Below are positions 1 to 10,678 of a DNA stretch of 32,000 nucleotides, piece after piece. The notes below the pieces were generated by a model. That model did not search any database, was not told the origin of the DNA, and saw only the letters and a program-made list of their open reading frames with translations. This DNA comes from Methanocaldococcus jannaschii DSM 2661 (GTDB lineage Archaea; AGJL01; Methanococci; Methanococcales; Methanocaldococcaceae). Each line of letters begins with the position of its first letter. The first letter of the stretch is position 1. A program made the position numbers and the translations under genes. The stretch covers positions 593,581 to 625,580 of the forward strand of contig NC_000909.1 of assembly GCF_000091665.1 (NCBI RefSeq), read 5' to 3'.

Positions 1-633
1 GAGGCATCAAGCTTAGCAAGGAAGTTTATTGAATTGAGTGATAGATTGAGGATAGTTACTGAATGTGCTATAACTTACGGAGGACAGCCAATTGGAAGAG
101 CTATTGGTCCAGCTTTAGAAGCAAAAGAGGCATTATTGGCTTTGGAAGATTATACTCAAGCCCCTACAAGCCTTGTTGAGAAATCTATTTCATTAGCTGG
201 AATTTTGTTAGAGATGGGAGGAGTAGCTCCTACTGGAGAAGGTAAAGAGTTAGCTGAAGATTTATTAGCAAGAGGGAAGGCACATGACAAATTTATGGAG
301 ATTATTGTAGCTCAGGGAGGAAAAGAAGTTAGTTCAGATGAAATTGAGGTTGGAAAATATAAAGCTGATATTCACTCACCAATTGATGGGTATGTTACAA
401 GAATATCAAATGCTGGAATTACAAAAATTGCCAAAGAAGCTGGAGCTCCAAATGATAAAAAAGCTGGTATCTATCTAAACGTAAAAGTAGGAAATAAAGT
501 TGAAAAAGGAGATGTTTTATACACCATATACTCTGACTCTGAAGAAAGGCTAAAATCAGCTATTAAATTAGCAAGAATATTGTATCCAATCAAAGTTGAG
601 GGCATGTTACTCCAAAAAATTTCAAGATTCTAA
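1..633 (+). CDS. deoA: AMP phosphorylase / thymidine phosphorylase family, C-terminal part (5' truncated by window edge)
   Basis: Frame 1 is open from base 1 (EASSLARKFIELSDRLRIVTECAITYGGQPIGRAIGPALEAKEAL...), then the GKELAEDLLARGKAHDKF and IHSPIDGYVTRISN motifs of this family. Confidence 0.85.
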   Translation, partial: EASSLARKFIELSDRLRIVTECAITYGGQPIGRAIGPALEAKEALLALEDYTQAPTSLVEKSISLAGILLEMGGVAPTGEGKELAEDLLARGKAHDKFMEIIVAQGGKEVSSDEIEVGKYKADIHSPIDGYVTRISNAGITKIAKEAGAPNDKKAGIYLNVKVGNKVEKGDVLYTIYSDSEERLKSAIKLARILYPIKVEGMLLQKISRF

Positions 634-729
634 ATAGGACCTTCCCGCAGTTTATATACAATTCTGTTTGAACTTAAATACCAAAAGACATCATATTTCA
701 ATAAAACATTTATTAAAAGTTCTATTAAT

Positions 730-951
730 TTAATTTGATTCTTCATTAATTTCTTCTAATTTAGGACATGCAATTAAAATTAACTTATATAATTCTGTGT
801 TTTTTGTAGATTCTAAGATTTTATATATTGATTTCTTATCTTTCATATGGGATTCAATAATATGCCTTATCATAAGAATTTTAATTCCAACAAATTTTGC
901 TTTGCTATTAATAATTTTTAAATCTTCAATAATTTTTTCATCGTTTTCCAT
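730..951 (-). CDS. Small hypothetical protein (start probably at internal Met of the 85-aa ORF: [17 protein letters not shown]...)
   Basis: ORF track. The charged helical protein starting at the internal Met looks more plausible than the hydrophobic N-terminal extension. Confidence 0.5.
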
Positions 952-1139
952 AATAACCACCAAAAAAAACAACATATAAAACAACAATAAAATAACAATT
1001 ATATCTAATTTGTAATATTTAGTTAAAAAGTATTTATGAATTTTTTGTTCTGTATATGTGGTTATGCAAGTGCCTATGGGTGATATATTAATTTAAAATA
1101 AATAAAATAAAATTTATCAATAGCAAAAATAAAAAAGAT

Positions 1140-2243
1140 TTATCCAAATTTTAATTTCTTGATTTTCAATTTCATTGCTCTCTCTATATATCTCAGTTTT
1201 TTATATTCCCTTCTATTTATAATTGATATTGCCTTCCCTTTCTTTCCAGCTCTCCCAGTTCTTCCAATTCTATGCATATAAGATTCAGGATTTTGTGGAA
1301 GATGGTAGTTAATTACACAGTTTAAATCATTGACATCTATCCCTCTACTCATAACATCAGTGGCAATTAAAATCCTAATCTTTTTTTGTTTAAACAATCT
1401 TATAACCTTCTCCCTTTGAGATTGACTTAAATCTCCATGAATTGCTCCAGCTTTAAATCCAATATCTCTCAACATACTTGCCAATTCTTTAGTATCTCTC
1501 TTAGTTTTACAAAAAACTAATCCATAAAATTCTTTATTTTTTAAAAGTCTGCATAAAGCTTCAAATCTCTCATTTTCATTAACTTCAACATAACTCTGTT
1601 CAATATTTGCGTTTATCTTAGCTTTTATAAAGCTATAATCTCCCATATACTTTTTAGCCAAATTTAATATCTCCCTTGGCATAGTAGCAGAGAACAACAA
1701 AATCCTCTTGTCTTTATTACAGGCATTTAAAATCTTTTCAACGTCCTTAATAAAACCCATATTGAGCATTTCATCTGCCTCATCCAATATAAAATATTTA
1801 ACATTTTTTAAATTTAAAGTTCCTCTATTTATGTGGTCTAAAATTCTTCCTGGAGTTCCAACAACTATATTGGCATTTTTTAAAGCCTTAATTTGTGGAT
1901 ATATAGCTTTTCCACCATAAATTTTGGCAATCTTTAAATTTTTGTTACCTTTTAATGACTCTATCTCATCAGCCACTTGTATAGCTAATTCTCTTGTAGG
2001 AGTTAAAATAATTGCCTCTATTCCATTGTTTTCATTAACGAGCTCAATTAATGGAATTGCAAACGAAGCAGTTTTCCCACTTCCAGTTCTTGCTTGAGCT
2101 ACAATGTTATATTCATCATTTAAAAATAGTGGGATGACTTTCATCTGAATATCTGTTGGCTTTTCAAAACCTTTATTTCTAATGGCATTTAAGATATTAT
2201 CTGACAAATTTAATTCGTTAAAATTCATATATTCCACTTCCAA
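1140..2243 (-). CDS. DEAD-box ATP-dependent RNA helicase
   Basis: Motifs ARTGSGKT, PTRELA, DEAD, SAT, and HRIGRTGRAG. The full sequence resembles the structurally characterised M. jannaschii DEAD-box protein. Confidence 0.97.
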   Translation of the reverse strand: MEVEYMNFNELNLSDNILNAIRNKGFEKPTDIQMKVIPLFLNDEYNIVAQARTGSGKTASFAIPLIELVNENNGIEAIILTPTRELAIQVADEIESLKGNKNLKIAKIYGGKAIYPQIKALKNANIVVGTPGRILDHINRGTLNLKNVKYFILDEADEMLNMGFIKDVEKILNACNKDKRILLFSATMPREILNLAKKYMGDYSFIKAKINANIEQSYVEVNENERFEALCRLLKNKEFYGLVFCKTKRDTKELASMLRDIGFKAGAIHGDLSQSQREKVIRLFKQKKIRILIATDVMSRGIDVNDLNCVINYHLPQNPESYMHRIGRTGRAGKKGKAISIINRREYKKLRYIERAMKLKIKKLKFG

Positions 2244-2261
2244 TAAAATTTAATTTTTAAA

Positions 2262-2286
2262 GATGCTAAAAAGAGATTTTAGCATC
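2262..2286. repeat. Perfect 10-bp hairpin GATGCTAAAA-agaga-TTTTAGCATC between two minus-strand genes
   Basis: Read directly. Stem arms are 2262-2271 and 2277-2286. Confidence 0.7.
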
Positions 2287-2302
2287 CTCAACAACTATGG
2301 GC

Positions 2303-3373
2303 TTATAGTATAAAAATGTTTGCATCTTTGAAAAACTTCAATCTCATCTTTTTAATTATTTCTGATGAGTTTAAATCCTCTTTTTGAATTTTTAAAATTT
2401 CTTCTGGGATGTTACCTTTTTTTATCTGTTTTGTTGATAGATATTTTCCTATTTTAATTAATTTTTCTTTTAACTTTTCTCTTCTTTCCTCTCTATCCTC
2501 TATTATTTTATCTTTAGTTAAGCTTAATGTTTCATCCCTATAAGGTAAAGCTATAACTGATAAAGCTATAACTCTCTCATCAACCTCATTAATTCTATTT
2601 GGTTTAAAATTTGGGTTTTTATAAGCTAAGGTTATTCCTCTTTTTCTCCCAACACTCTCCTTTTCTGAAATTACAAAACCACAATCAACCAAAGCACTTC
2701 TAAATGGAATGGCTGAAGAGTAAGATATCAAAACTCCATTATCTTCCATTCTTTTATAAATTTCTTTCAAAAAATCGTAAGTGTAGAGGGTAGGGTCTCT
2801 TTTTGGTGAAAATGCATCGTGAAAAACCACATTGTATTTTTTATCACTCTTTATTATAAATTTTCTCGCATCTCCAACGTATAGATTGATATTATCATAA
2901 TCTGACTTATATTCAATGCCAATTTTATTTAAAAAATACTCTCTAACTTTATCTTTTATAATCTCATGCTCTTTATATGGAATATCTAAAAATAAAGTTA
3001 AAAATAAAACTTCCTCACAAATCTCAACCATATCAATCTCTGCATTTTTGTTATAATGTAAAGCAGCTATAGCATTGTATCCCATACCACTGCACAAATC
3101 CAAAACTCTTGGATTGCTTAAATCAGTTATCTTTGATGGCTTAGCAAACTTATAAATTGCTTCTTTTAAAGCTCCAACCTTTGAATGCATCATCTCCTCT
3201 TCATCCTCTGCCTTTAAAGTGTAAGTTCCATCCTCAGTTTCTACTAAGACATGTTCTTCCTTTAACTCTTTAATTAATCTCTCTTTAATATCTTTTTCAT
3301 TCTTTCCATTGTAAATTTTCATATACTTTCTAATAATTTCTAAGGCTTTTTTGTTTGGAAGCATAACTCTCAC
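2303..3373 (-). CDS. Class I SAM-dependent methyltransferase, MnmC-like domain
   Basis: VLDLCSGMGYNAIAALH, YNVVFHDAFSPKRDPTLYTYDFLKEIYKRM motifs. Confidence 0.75.
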   Translation of the reverse strand: MRVMLPNKKALEIIRKYMKIYNGKNEKDIKERLIKELKEEHVLVETEDGTYTLKAEDEEEMMHSKVGALKEAIYKFAKPSKITDLSNPRVLDLCSGMGYNAIAALHYNKNAEIDMVEICEEVLFLTLFLDIPYKEHEIIKDKVREYFLNKIGIEYKSDYDNINLYVGDARKFIIKSDKKYNVVFHDAFSPKRDPTLYTYDFLKEIYKRMEDNGVLISYSSAIPFRSALVDCGFVISEKESVGRKRGITLAYKNPNFKPNRINEVDERVIALSVIALPYRDETLSLTKDKIIEDREERREKLKEKLIKIGKYLSTKQIKKGNIPEEILKIQKEDLNSSEIIKKMRLKFFKDANIFIL

Positions 3374-3380
3374 ATTATAT

Positions 3381-4079
<699 letters not shown>

Positions 4080-4111
4080 TTAAGTTTTATATTCTAAATG
4101 ATAGCTAAATT

Positions 4112-5410
4112 TTATAGATAAAGAATGGAATATAGAGTTATTACAGCTGCAGATAGTATTGATAAAATCATCCCAATTTTCATCATTTCTTCTTTTTTGA
4201 CACCTTCACTATATACAATAGCGTTGGGAGGAGTCCCTACTGGCAGAATAAAAGAGCACGATGCTGACATACCAACAGCCAGTATTAAAATCTCTTTTGG
4301 AATTCCTAAAGATACTCCAAATAGTATTGGGACTATTATTCCAGTCAATCCAGTGTTGCTTATAAAATTAGTTAGAATTATTGTTATTGTAACTACTAAA
4401 AATAAAAGAACAATTGGAGTTAAATTTCCTAAGATAGCTATAAGTTTTTCAGATAAGAATGTATTTGCTCCACTCTTAACAATAACTCCTCCCAAACATA
4501 AAGCTCCACCAAATAAAATTAAAGTTCCCCAATCTATTTTCTTAAAATCATTAACTTCAACTAAATTAAATACAAACAATAAAATTATGGCGAATATGGC
4601 AATAACTGAATCAAAATATTGGACATTAAAAATTTCACTCAAATAGTCGCTAATTATCCAAAGTGAAGCTATTAACACAAATATGACCAATAATTTATAA
4701 GCGTTTCTACTCAACTCCATTCTTGCTTGAATAGCAATATCTTCTTTTGGAATCCACTTTTTAAAGTAAATATATAATGTTAAAGTACAAATCAAAAATA
4801 ACAATAAACTTATTGGAAATCCCACTTTAAACCAGCTAAAAAATCCATAATCTAGATAGCTACTTGCTATGGCATTTGGTGGAGAGCCGATAATTGTTGC
4901 TATTCCTCCTATAGAGGCAGAATAAGCAACTCCTAACAATAAAAAATCTCTCAATTTACCAGTTTTTTTATGTAATAGACCAAGAGCTATGGGCAACAAA
5001 ATTAATGTGGCAGAGGTGTTACTAATCCACATTGATAGAAAATAAGCCGATAGAAACATTAAAAAACATGTAGTTTTAAAATCCTTTCCATAATTTAGTA
5101 GCTTATAGGCAATAAATTTATCTAAGTTATGATTTTTTAATGCCTGTGCAAGCATAAATCCTCCCAAAAACAAAAATATTATTGGATGGGCAAAGTATGT
5201 TAAAGCCTCTTTTAAATTAAAAATTCCTAAAAACACTGCCATTATTGGTATTGCTAAGGATGTAACTGGAAGAGGCAATAATTCAAAAAACCATAAACAT
5301 CCAGCAACTATTAATATAACAATACCTTTGTATATATCTGGTAAAGATGAGCCAAAAATAAGAGAAGCTGTAATTATCCCTAAGCCTATAAATTCTTTGG
5401 ATAATCTCAT
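4112..5410 (-). CDS. SLC13/DASS-family anion (dicarboxylate/phosphate) symporter
   Basis: Polytopic membrane protein with the ATLILLPIA...IGGIATIIGSPPNAIASSY and SCSFILPVGTPPNAIVYS signatures. Confidence 0.85.
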   Translation of the reverse strand: MRLSKEFIGLGIITASLIFGSSLPDIYKGIVILIVAGCLWFFELLPLPVTSLAIPIMAVFLGIFNLKEALTYFAHPIIFLFLGGFMLAQALKNHNLDKFIAYKLLNYGKDFKTTCFLMFLSAYFLSMWISNTSATLILLPIALGLLHKKTGKLRDFLLLGVAYSASIGGIATIIGSPPNAIASSYLDYGFFSWFKVGFPISLLLFLICTLTLYIYFKKWIPKEDIAIQARMELSRNAYKLLVIFVLIASLWIISDYLSEIFNVQYFDSVIAIFAIILLFVFNLVEVNDFKKIDWGTLILFGGALCLGGVIVKSGANTFLSEKLIAILGNLTPIVLLFLVVTITIILTNFISNTGLTGIIVPILFGVSLGIPKEILILAVGMSASCSFILPVGTPPNAIVYSEGVKKEEMMKIGMILSILSAAVITLYSILYL

Positions 5411-5505
5411 ATCCCTCCCCCACCAGATTTATTTCTTTACTTTATAACTTAGGTATGTTAATAGTTAAGTTTTTATATCTCTTGTATGTTTATTCATTAT
5501 TCATA

Positions 5506-5531
5506 GACTCGCATGGCCTGACCCGTGTCTC
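5506..5531. other. GC-rich island (candidate small RNA or structured leader) just downstream of a TATA-like box
   Basis: GACTCGCATGGCCTGACCCGTGTCTC has 17/26 G+C in strongly AT-rich surroundings. TTTTTATATC lies at 5470-5479. Confidence 0.35.
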
Positions 5532-5673
5532 TTTTACAAAACAAAACTTAAAGTAAAAATTATAGAATTTATGAAGTATTTGGAATAAACTAACCAAAAG
5601 GCATGGAAATAATAAAATAATAAGAAAGAAATCCAGTTAAAAAATATTAAAAACAATTATTACAGGTGTTAAT

Positions 5674-6063
5674 ATGAGTGTATGGCAAGGAAGAAGTAGA
5701 AGAAAACCAACAGGTGGGTTGTATAGACCAGCGAGAAAAAAGAGAAAATATGAAATGGGTAGAGAACCAATAGAAACACACGTAGCAGAAGAGGCATTTA
5801 AAATAAAAAAGGTTAGAACAAGAGGAGGAAACTTAAAGGTTAAGGTTGTTAGAACAGGATTTGCTAACGTATTAGACCCAGAAACAGGAACTTGTAAGAA
5901 AGTTAAGATAATAACAGTTAGAGAAAACAAGGCAAACATCCACTATGTCAGAAGAAACGTTATAACAAAAGGAGCAATTATTGAAACAGAGATTGGATTG
6001 GCAAAAGTTACATCAAGACCTGGGCAGGATGGAACTGTTAATGCAATATTAATTAAGGAATAA
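5674..6063 (+). CDS. rps8e: 30S ribosomal protein S8e
   Basis: [32 protein letters not shown]...; typical archaeal S8e. Confidence 0.96.
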   Translation: MSVWQGRSRRKPTGGLYRPARKKRKYEMGREPIETHVAEEAFKIKKVRTRGGNLKVKVVRTGFANVLDPETGTCKKVKIITVRENKANIHYVRRNVITKGAIIETEIGLAKVTSRPGQDGTVNAILIKE

Positions 6064-6143
6064 ATTTTTCAAGCTTAATTTTTAATTTTTTATACTTCAT
6101 ATAATTTATCTATTTAAATTAATTACTCAACTGATGTGAGATT

Positions 6144-7160
6144 ATGAAACTTGGTAGATATTTAGCGGTTTCAAAAGATTTAGCCCCAGCAAAGTTTATA
6201 ATAGCTAAGTGTATAGAAGTTGAAGAATTTAAGGGATTAGAACTAAATGAATTATGGGAAATCCATAACAAGGTCTTGAAAAAAGTAGATTTTGATAATT
6301 TTGATTTTAATGATTTAGAGTATGTAAAACCAAACCTATTGGACTTAAAAGTAGAGATTGCCAAAAATATCTTTAAAAATTGCCATTTTTGTGAGCATAG
6401 ATGTTATGTAAATAGAGAAACTGAAAGAGGTTTCTGTAGGATAAAAGAGAGCTATTACTCAACAGAATTTCTACATCTCGGTGAAGAAAGAGTTTTAGTT
6501 CCATCACATACAATCTTCTTCTGTGGCTGTAATTTTAAATGTGTCTTCTGCCAGAACTGGGATATATCTCAGGTTTATTTTGATAAAACAATTCCTAACC
6601 ACTGTATTCCATATAATCCAAAAGAAATGGCTAAAATTATTAAACATAAAAGAGATTATTCAAAAAACGTTAATTTTGTTGGTGGAGACCCTACACCACA
6701 TTTATTGAGTATTTTAAAAACTCTAAGCTATTTAGATAAAAACATCCCGGTAGTTTGGAATTCAAATATGTATCTAACTGTTGAAGGAATGCATTTATTA
6801 AAAGGAGTTGTTGATGTCTATTTAACTGACTTTAAGTTTGGAAATAATGAATGTGGAGAAAGATTATCAAAAGTTAAAAACTATTTTGATATAATTAAGA
6901 GGAATCACTTGCTTATAAAAGATGAGGAAGTTATAATAAGGCATTTAGTAATGCCAAACCACTTAGATTGTTGCACAGAGAAAATATTTGACTTCATCTC
7001 AAAAAATTTAGATAACGCTGTAGTTAATGTTATGTTTCAGTATCGCCCAGAATATAAAGCTAAGGAATATCCTGATATAAATAGAAGATTAACTTATGAA
7101 GAGATAGAGAAGGCATTGGAGTTGGCAGAGAAATATAATTTAGATTTAATCTATGATTAA
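6144..7160 (+). CDS. Radical SAM protein, pyruvate formate-lyase activating enzyme-like
   Basis: CGCNFKCVFCQNWDISQ (CxxxCxxC-type cluster), GGDPTPH, and a DVYLTDFKFG motif. Confidence 0.88.
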   Translation: MKLGRYLAVSKDLAPAKFIIAKCIEVEEFKGLELNELWEIHNKVLKKVDFDNFDFNDLEYVKPNLLDLKVEIAKNIFKNCHFCEHRCYVNRETERGFCRIKESYYSTEFLHLGEERVLVPSHTIFFCGCNFKCVFCQNWDISQVYFDKTIPNHCIPYNPKEMAKIIKHKRDYSKNVNFVGGDPTPHLLSILKTLSYLDKNIPVVWNSNMYLTVEGMHLLKGVVDVYLTDFKFGNNECGERLSKVKNYFDIIKRNHLLIKDEEVIIRHLVMPNHLDCCTEKIFDFISKNLDNAVVNVMFQYRPEYKAKEYPDINRRLTYEEIEKALELAEKYNLDLIYD

Positions 7161-7168
7161 ATTTTTAA

Positions 7169-8344
7169 TTATTCATTTTTCAACTTTTCCCTCTTAATCA
7201 TTTTAAATTTCTTCCCTCCACACTCACAAACTAAATCCTCAACTTTCTTAACCTCTTCTCCAACTTTATGGATTTTTCCACATTTTAGGCATTTATAATA
7301 TCTTATAACTGGCTTAACTAAACCAGTATATATCTTCTCAGTGTCTCCAATATTTATCTTCAAATTTTTCCCAACCAATCTCGCTATAAATGTTGTGTTT
7401 GCAATTATCTCACTACCTTCATAATAATTAAAGTTTGGAATTAACTCTGAGATAACAAAACCCATATTTGTAATTGCTTTTTGAATAGAGAGCCACTCAT
7501 CTATTGGTTTGTGAGAATAGGAAAGATAAGCAATCCCTTCTTTTCCTAACGCTTCTATCCCTCTTGATAAAAATAACTTTAAGCCATCAACAGTATATGG
7601 CGGGTCTGTTGAGATAACATCAAATCTCTCCTTTAAATCTTGTGGTAGTGGGTTTCTTAAATCATGCTTAATTGTTTTAATTTTAACTCCTTCTTTTTGT
7701 GAAAATTTTTCTATAAGCTTTAAAATCCTCTCATCTATATCCACAACAGCTATTTCCTCAGCCATATTTGTTAGAGCGGTTGGTAAAGAAGTTAAGTCAT
7801 CATCTCCAACAAATAAAATTCTCTTTCCTTCTAAATCTCCTCTTTCATACATCAAAGCAGCCCTATAAGTTGATGTTTCTGGTGTTGCAAAGGATTGGTC
7901 TATAGTTGTATCAACTAAAGGCCTTCTCTTAGCCCAAACTCTAACCTTATTTAAAATATCTTCAAAAAATTCATCTAACACAATACCTCTACCATTACAA
8001 GTTTTGCAGGTAAGAGATTTTTTATACTTCAATTTTAAAAAGTTTTCAGCAAATTCTTTACCCAAATCTGTTAGCTCTGCTCCTCTTTCAGTTCTCTTTA
8101 ATATTTTTTCTCTCTCTAAGATAGTTCTAACCTTGGCAACTATTGGTAAGGGCAATCTCGTTTTTTGAGCAATCTTTTTTGTTGATATTGGCTGATGCCT
8201 ATAGATAACTCTAATTATATCTTCAACAGCTCTTTTTCCCTCAGCAATATCAGCTTTTTTAGCAACATTGTTTAAAAGTATTGAGAACTTCGTCTTTTCA
8301 TTAACTTCTACTTTACCTTTTCCAATTTTTCCAATGATTTTCAT
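7169..8344 (-). CDS. bpsA: N4-bis(aminopropyl)spermidine synthase (branched-chain polyamine synthase)
   Basis: N-terminal winged-helix region, LFVGDDDLTSLPTAL, DPPYTVDGLKLFLSRG, and a C-terminal zinc-ribbon-like CLKCGKIH...CECGG. Confidence 0.85.
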   Translation of the reverse strand: MKIIGKIGKGKVEVNEKTKFSILLNNVAKKADIAEGKRAVEDIIRVIYRHQPISTKKIAQKTRLPLPIVAKVRTILEREKILKRTERGAELTDLGKEFAENFLKLKYKKSLTCKTCNGRGIVLDEFFEDILNKVRVWAKRRPLVDTTIDQSFATPETSTYRAALMYERGDLEGKRILFVGDDDLTSLPTALTNMAEEIAVVDIDERILKLIEKFSQKEGVKIKTIKHDLRNPLPQDLKERFDVISTDPPYTVDGLKLFLSRGIEALGKEGIAYLSYSHKPIDEWLSIQKAITNMGFVISELIPNFNYYEGSEIIANTTFIARLVGKNLKINIGDTEKIYTGLVKPVIRYYKCLKCGKIHKVGEEVKKVEDLVCECGGKKFKMIKREKLKNE

Positions 8345-8378
8345 TATTTCACCAAAATAAGGAAAATATTACAGAAGA

Positions 8379-8438
8379 TTAACAGACCCTTGGTATTGGG
8401 TCTCCAATCGGCATATCGACAATTCTCCTACCAACAAT
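8379..8438 (-). pseudogene. Displaced duplicate of the hypE 3' end (IVGRRIVDMPIGDPIPRVC*), 83% nt identity and 100% aa identity
   Basis: Codon-by-codon alignment to 8501-8560. All 10 differences are in third positions and synonymous. Confidence 0.95.
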
Positions 8439-8445
8439 ATGTCTC

Positions 8446-8500
8446 GCATGAAACTTTTAGAAAAGTTTCATCAAAACTTTTAAAAATTGCATTATGAATA
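8446..8500. mobile_element. Structured spacer between intact hypE 3' end and displaced copy; contains palindromic module A (8450-8477)
   Basis: ATGAAACTTTTAGAAAAGTTTCATCAAAAC matches the modules at 23552-23580 and 25450-25478, with one nucleotide deleted. Confidence 0.5.
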
Positions 8501-9508
8501 TTAACAAACTCTTGGTATCGGATCGCCAATAGGCATATCCACTATCCTTCTACCAACAATCGTCTCTATTATAACTCCCTTATGTTCTTTTGTAGCATAG
8601 CCAATGATTTCAGCATTCTTTCCTAATGGATGCTCCCTTAAAATCTCTAAGCATCTTTCAGCATCTTCCTTTTTAACTGCCATAACTACCTTTCCTTCAT
8701 TTGCTATAGTTAAAGGGTCTAAGCCAAGAATATCACAAATTGATTGAACTTCATCACTTATTGGGATTTTATCCTCAAATATAGTTATGCCAATATTACT
8801 CTTTTCAGCCATCTCATTTAACGCATCTGCCAAACCTCCTCTTGTAGGGTCTTTCATGGCATTTATTTGAATGCCCTCTTCTAAAACCCTCTCAATTAAT
8901 TTATTTATTGGAGCTACATCTGATTTTATGTTTGTTTCAAAATCAAATCCCTCCCTTGATAATAAAATAGCTAATCCATGCTCTCCTATATTTCCAGAAA
9001 CAATTATTGCATCTCCCTCTTGAACATTACAATCCCTTATTGCCTTTCCCCTATCAACAATCCCTATTCCAGCAGTTGAGATTATGATATCATCAACTCC
9101 ATCAGATACCTTTGTATCTCCTGTTATTATTGCTACTTCAGCCTCTTTAGAAGTTTCGTTTATTGATTTAACTATTTTCTCCAAATCTTCTAAGTTAAAA
9201 CCTTCTGGAATTATTAAAGATAGAGATAGAGCTAATGGCTTAGCTCCCATAACTGCTAAATCATTTACAGTTCCACTAACAGCCAATCTTCCAATATCTC
9301 CACCTGGGAAGAATATTGGTTTAACTGTGTGTCCATCAACAGTAAAAACAATCTCCTTATCACCTATTGGGATAGTTGCTGAATCATCCAAGCTTTCTAA
9401 GCCAATTCCTCCATTAACTGATGTTATCTCCAAATTTTTCAATATTACATCTTTTATAAGCTCCTGCATTACCTTTCCTCCAGCTCCATGCATTCGTGTG
9501 ATTTTCAT
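8501..9508 (-). CDS. hypE: Hydrogenase expression/formation protein HypE
   Basis: MKITRMHGAGG..., AMKDPTRGGLADALNE, and the hallmark C-terminus PRVC. Confidence 0.95.
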   Translation of the reverse strand: MKITRMHGAGGKVMQELIKDVILKNLEITSVNGGIGLESLDDSATIPIGDKEIVFTVDGHTVKPIFFPGGDIGRLAVSGTVNDLAVMGAKPLALSLSLIIPEGFNLEDLEKIVKSINETSKEAEVAIITGDTKVSDGVDDIIISTAGIGIVDRGKAIRDCNVQEGDAIIVSGNIGEHGLAILLSREGFDFETNIKSDVAPINKLIERVLEEGIQINAMKDPTRGGLADALNEMAEKSNIGITIFEDKIPISDEVQSICDILGLDPLTIANEGKVVMAVKKEDAERCLEILREHPLGKNAEIIGYATKEHKGVIIETIVGRRIVDMPIGDPIPRVC

Positions 9509-9616
9509 AATCTCACTCTTTAACTTTTATTGAATACTTAAATATTTTGATATATTTTTTACAATCTTTCAATAAAATTTTAAAACAAAATTAAAAAAAT
9601 GAAGTAAAATTCAAAT

Positions 9617-10609
9617 TTAATCTCCTCTATATTGCATTTTCTCAGCTTCGCTTATTTGAGTTATATCTATTCCTTTCATAGCTTCTCCTAAATTCTTACT
9701 AACTTCAGCAACAATATCAGGCTTATCATAGTTATAAGTAGCTTCAACAATTGCCCTTGCTCTCTCCAATGGATTTTCTGATTTAAATATTCCTGAACCA
9801 ACAAATACTCCATCAGAACCAAGCTGCATCATTAAAGCAGCATCTGCCGGTGTTGCAACCCCACCAGCTGCAAAATTAACTACTGGCAATCTTCCTAATT
9901 TTTTAACTTCTAATAAAACCTCATACAACCCATCAATAATCTCAGCCAGTGTAAAGCCCTCATAGATTGGCTCATTTTCTAAAACAGTTGCTGGCAACCC
10001 CATTCCCTCTCTAACTGTCTTAGCTAATTCTGCATATCTGTTAGCATAGAATTTAGCAACTCCATAAACTTCTTCATCTGTCATTCTCTGCAATTGAGCT
10101 ATAGCTTCATTCATCAATCTCATGTGTCTAACTGCCTCAACTATATTTCCAGTCCCTGCCTCTCCCTTAGTTCTTATCATTGCCGCTCCTTCCCAGATTC
10201 TTCTAACTGCCTCTCCTAAGTTTCTTGCTCCACAGACAAATGGGACGTTAAACTTCTTCTTGTATATGTGGAAGAATGGGTCTGCTTGGGTTAAAACTTC
10301 ACTTTCATCAATCATATCTACTCCAATAGCCTCTAAAACTAAAGCCTCTGTTGTATGTCCAATTCTACACTTAGCCATAACTGGAATTGAGACAGCATCC
10401 ATTATCTCTTCAATTAAAGCTGGGTCTGACATTCTTGCAACTCCACCAGCTGCCCTAATATCCGCAGGAACTCTCTCCAAAGCCATAACTGCAACAGCTC
10501 CAGCCTCTTCGGCTATTTGTGCTTGTTCTACGTTGGTAACATCCATTACAACCCCATGCTTAACCATCTTGGCAAATCCTTTCTTTAATAAGTCAGTTCC
10601 TTTTTTCAT
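9617..10609 (-). CDS. pdxS: Pyridoxal 5'-phosphate synthase subunit PdxS
   Basis: [18 protein letters not shown]...[21 protein letters not shown] and [30 protein letters not shown]. Confidence 0.97.
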   Translation of the reverse strand: MKKGTDLLKKGFAKMVKHGVVMDVTNVEQAQIAEEAGAVAVMALERVPADIRAAGGVARMSDPALIEEIMDAVSIPVMAKCRIGHTTEALVLEAIGVDMIDESEVLTQADPFFHIYKKKFNVPFVCGARNLGEAVRRIWEGAAMIRTKGEAGTGNIVEAVRHMRLMNEAIAQLQRMTDEEVYGVAKFYANRYAELAKTVREGMGLPATVLENEPIYEGFTLAEIIDGLYEVLLEVKKLGRLPVVNFAAGGVATPADAALMMQLGSDGVFVGSGIFKSENPLERARAIVEATYNYDKPDIVAEVSKNLGEAMKGIDITQISEAEKMQYRGD

Positions 10610-10678
10610 AACTCTCCCTCCATAATCATTGATAAAAGTTTGTTATGAAATTATAGTCTCCAACTATATATGTTTAAT

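Noticed and set aside
651-700. TATA-like TTTATATACA after the AMP phosphorylase gene with nearby GC-rich ACCTTCCCGCAG
   Set aside because: No plausible + strand gene or structured RNA follows it. The evidence is too weak for a promoter or ncRNA call.
4125-4646. 173-aa ORF antisense to the SLC13 transporter
   Set aside because: It is antisense to a strong family match and has no motifs. It is a by-product of codon composition.
9084-10625. ORFs 9084..9533 and 10122..10625 on the + strand
   Set aside because: Both lie antisense to clearly coding hypE and pdxS. Their compositions look like complementary translations with no recognisable domain.
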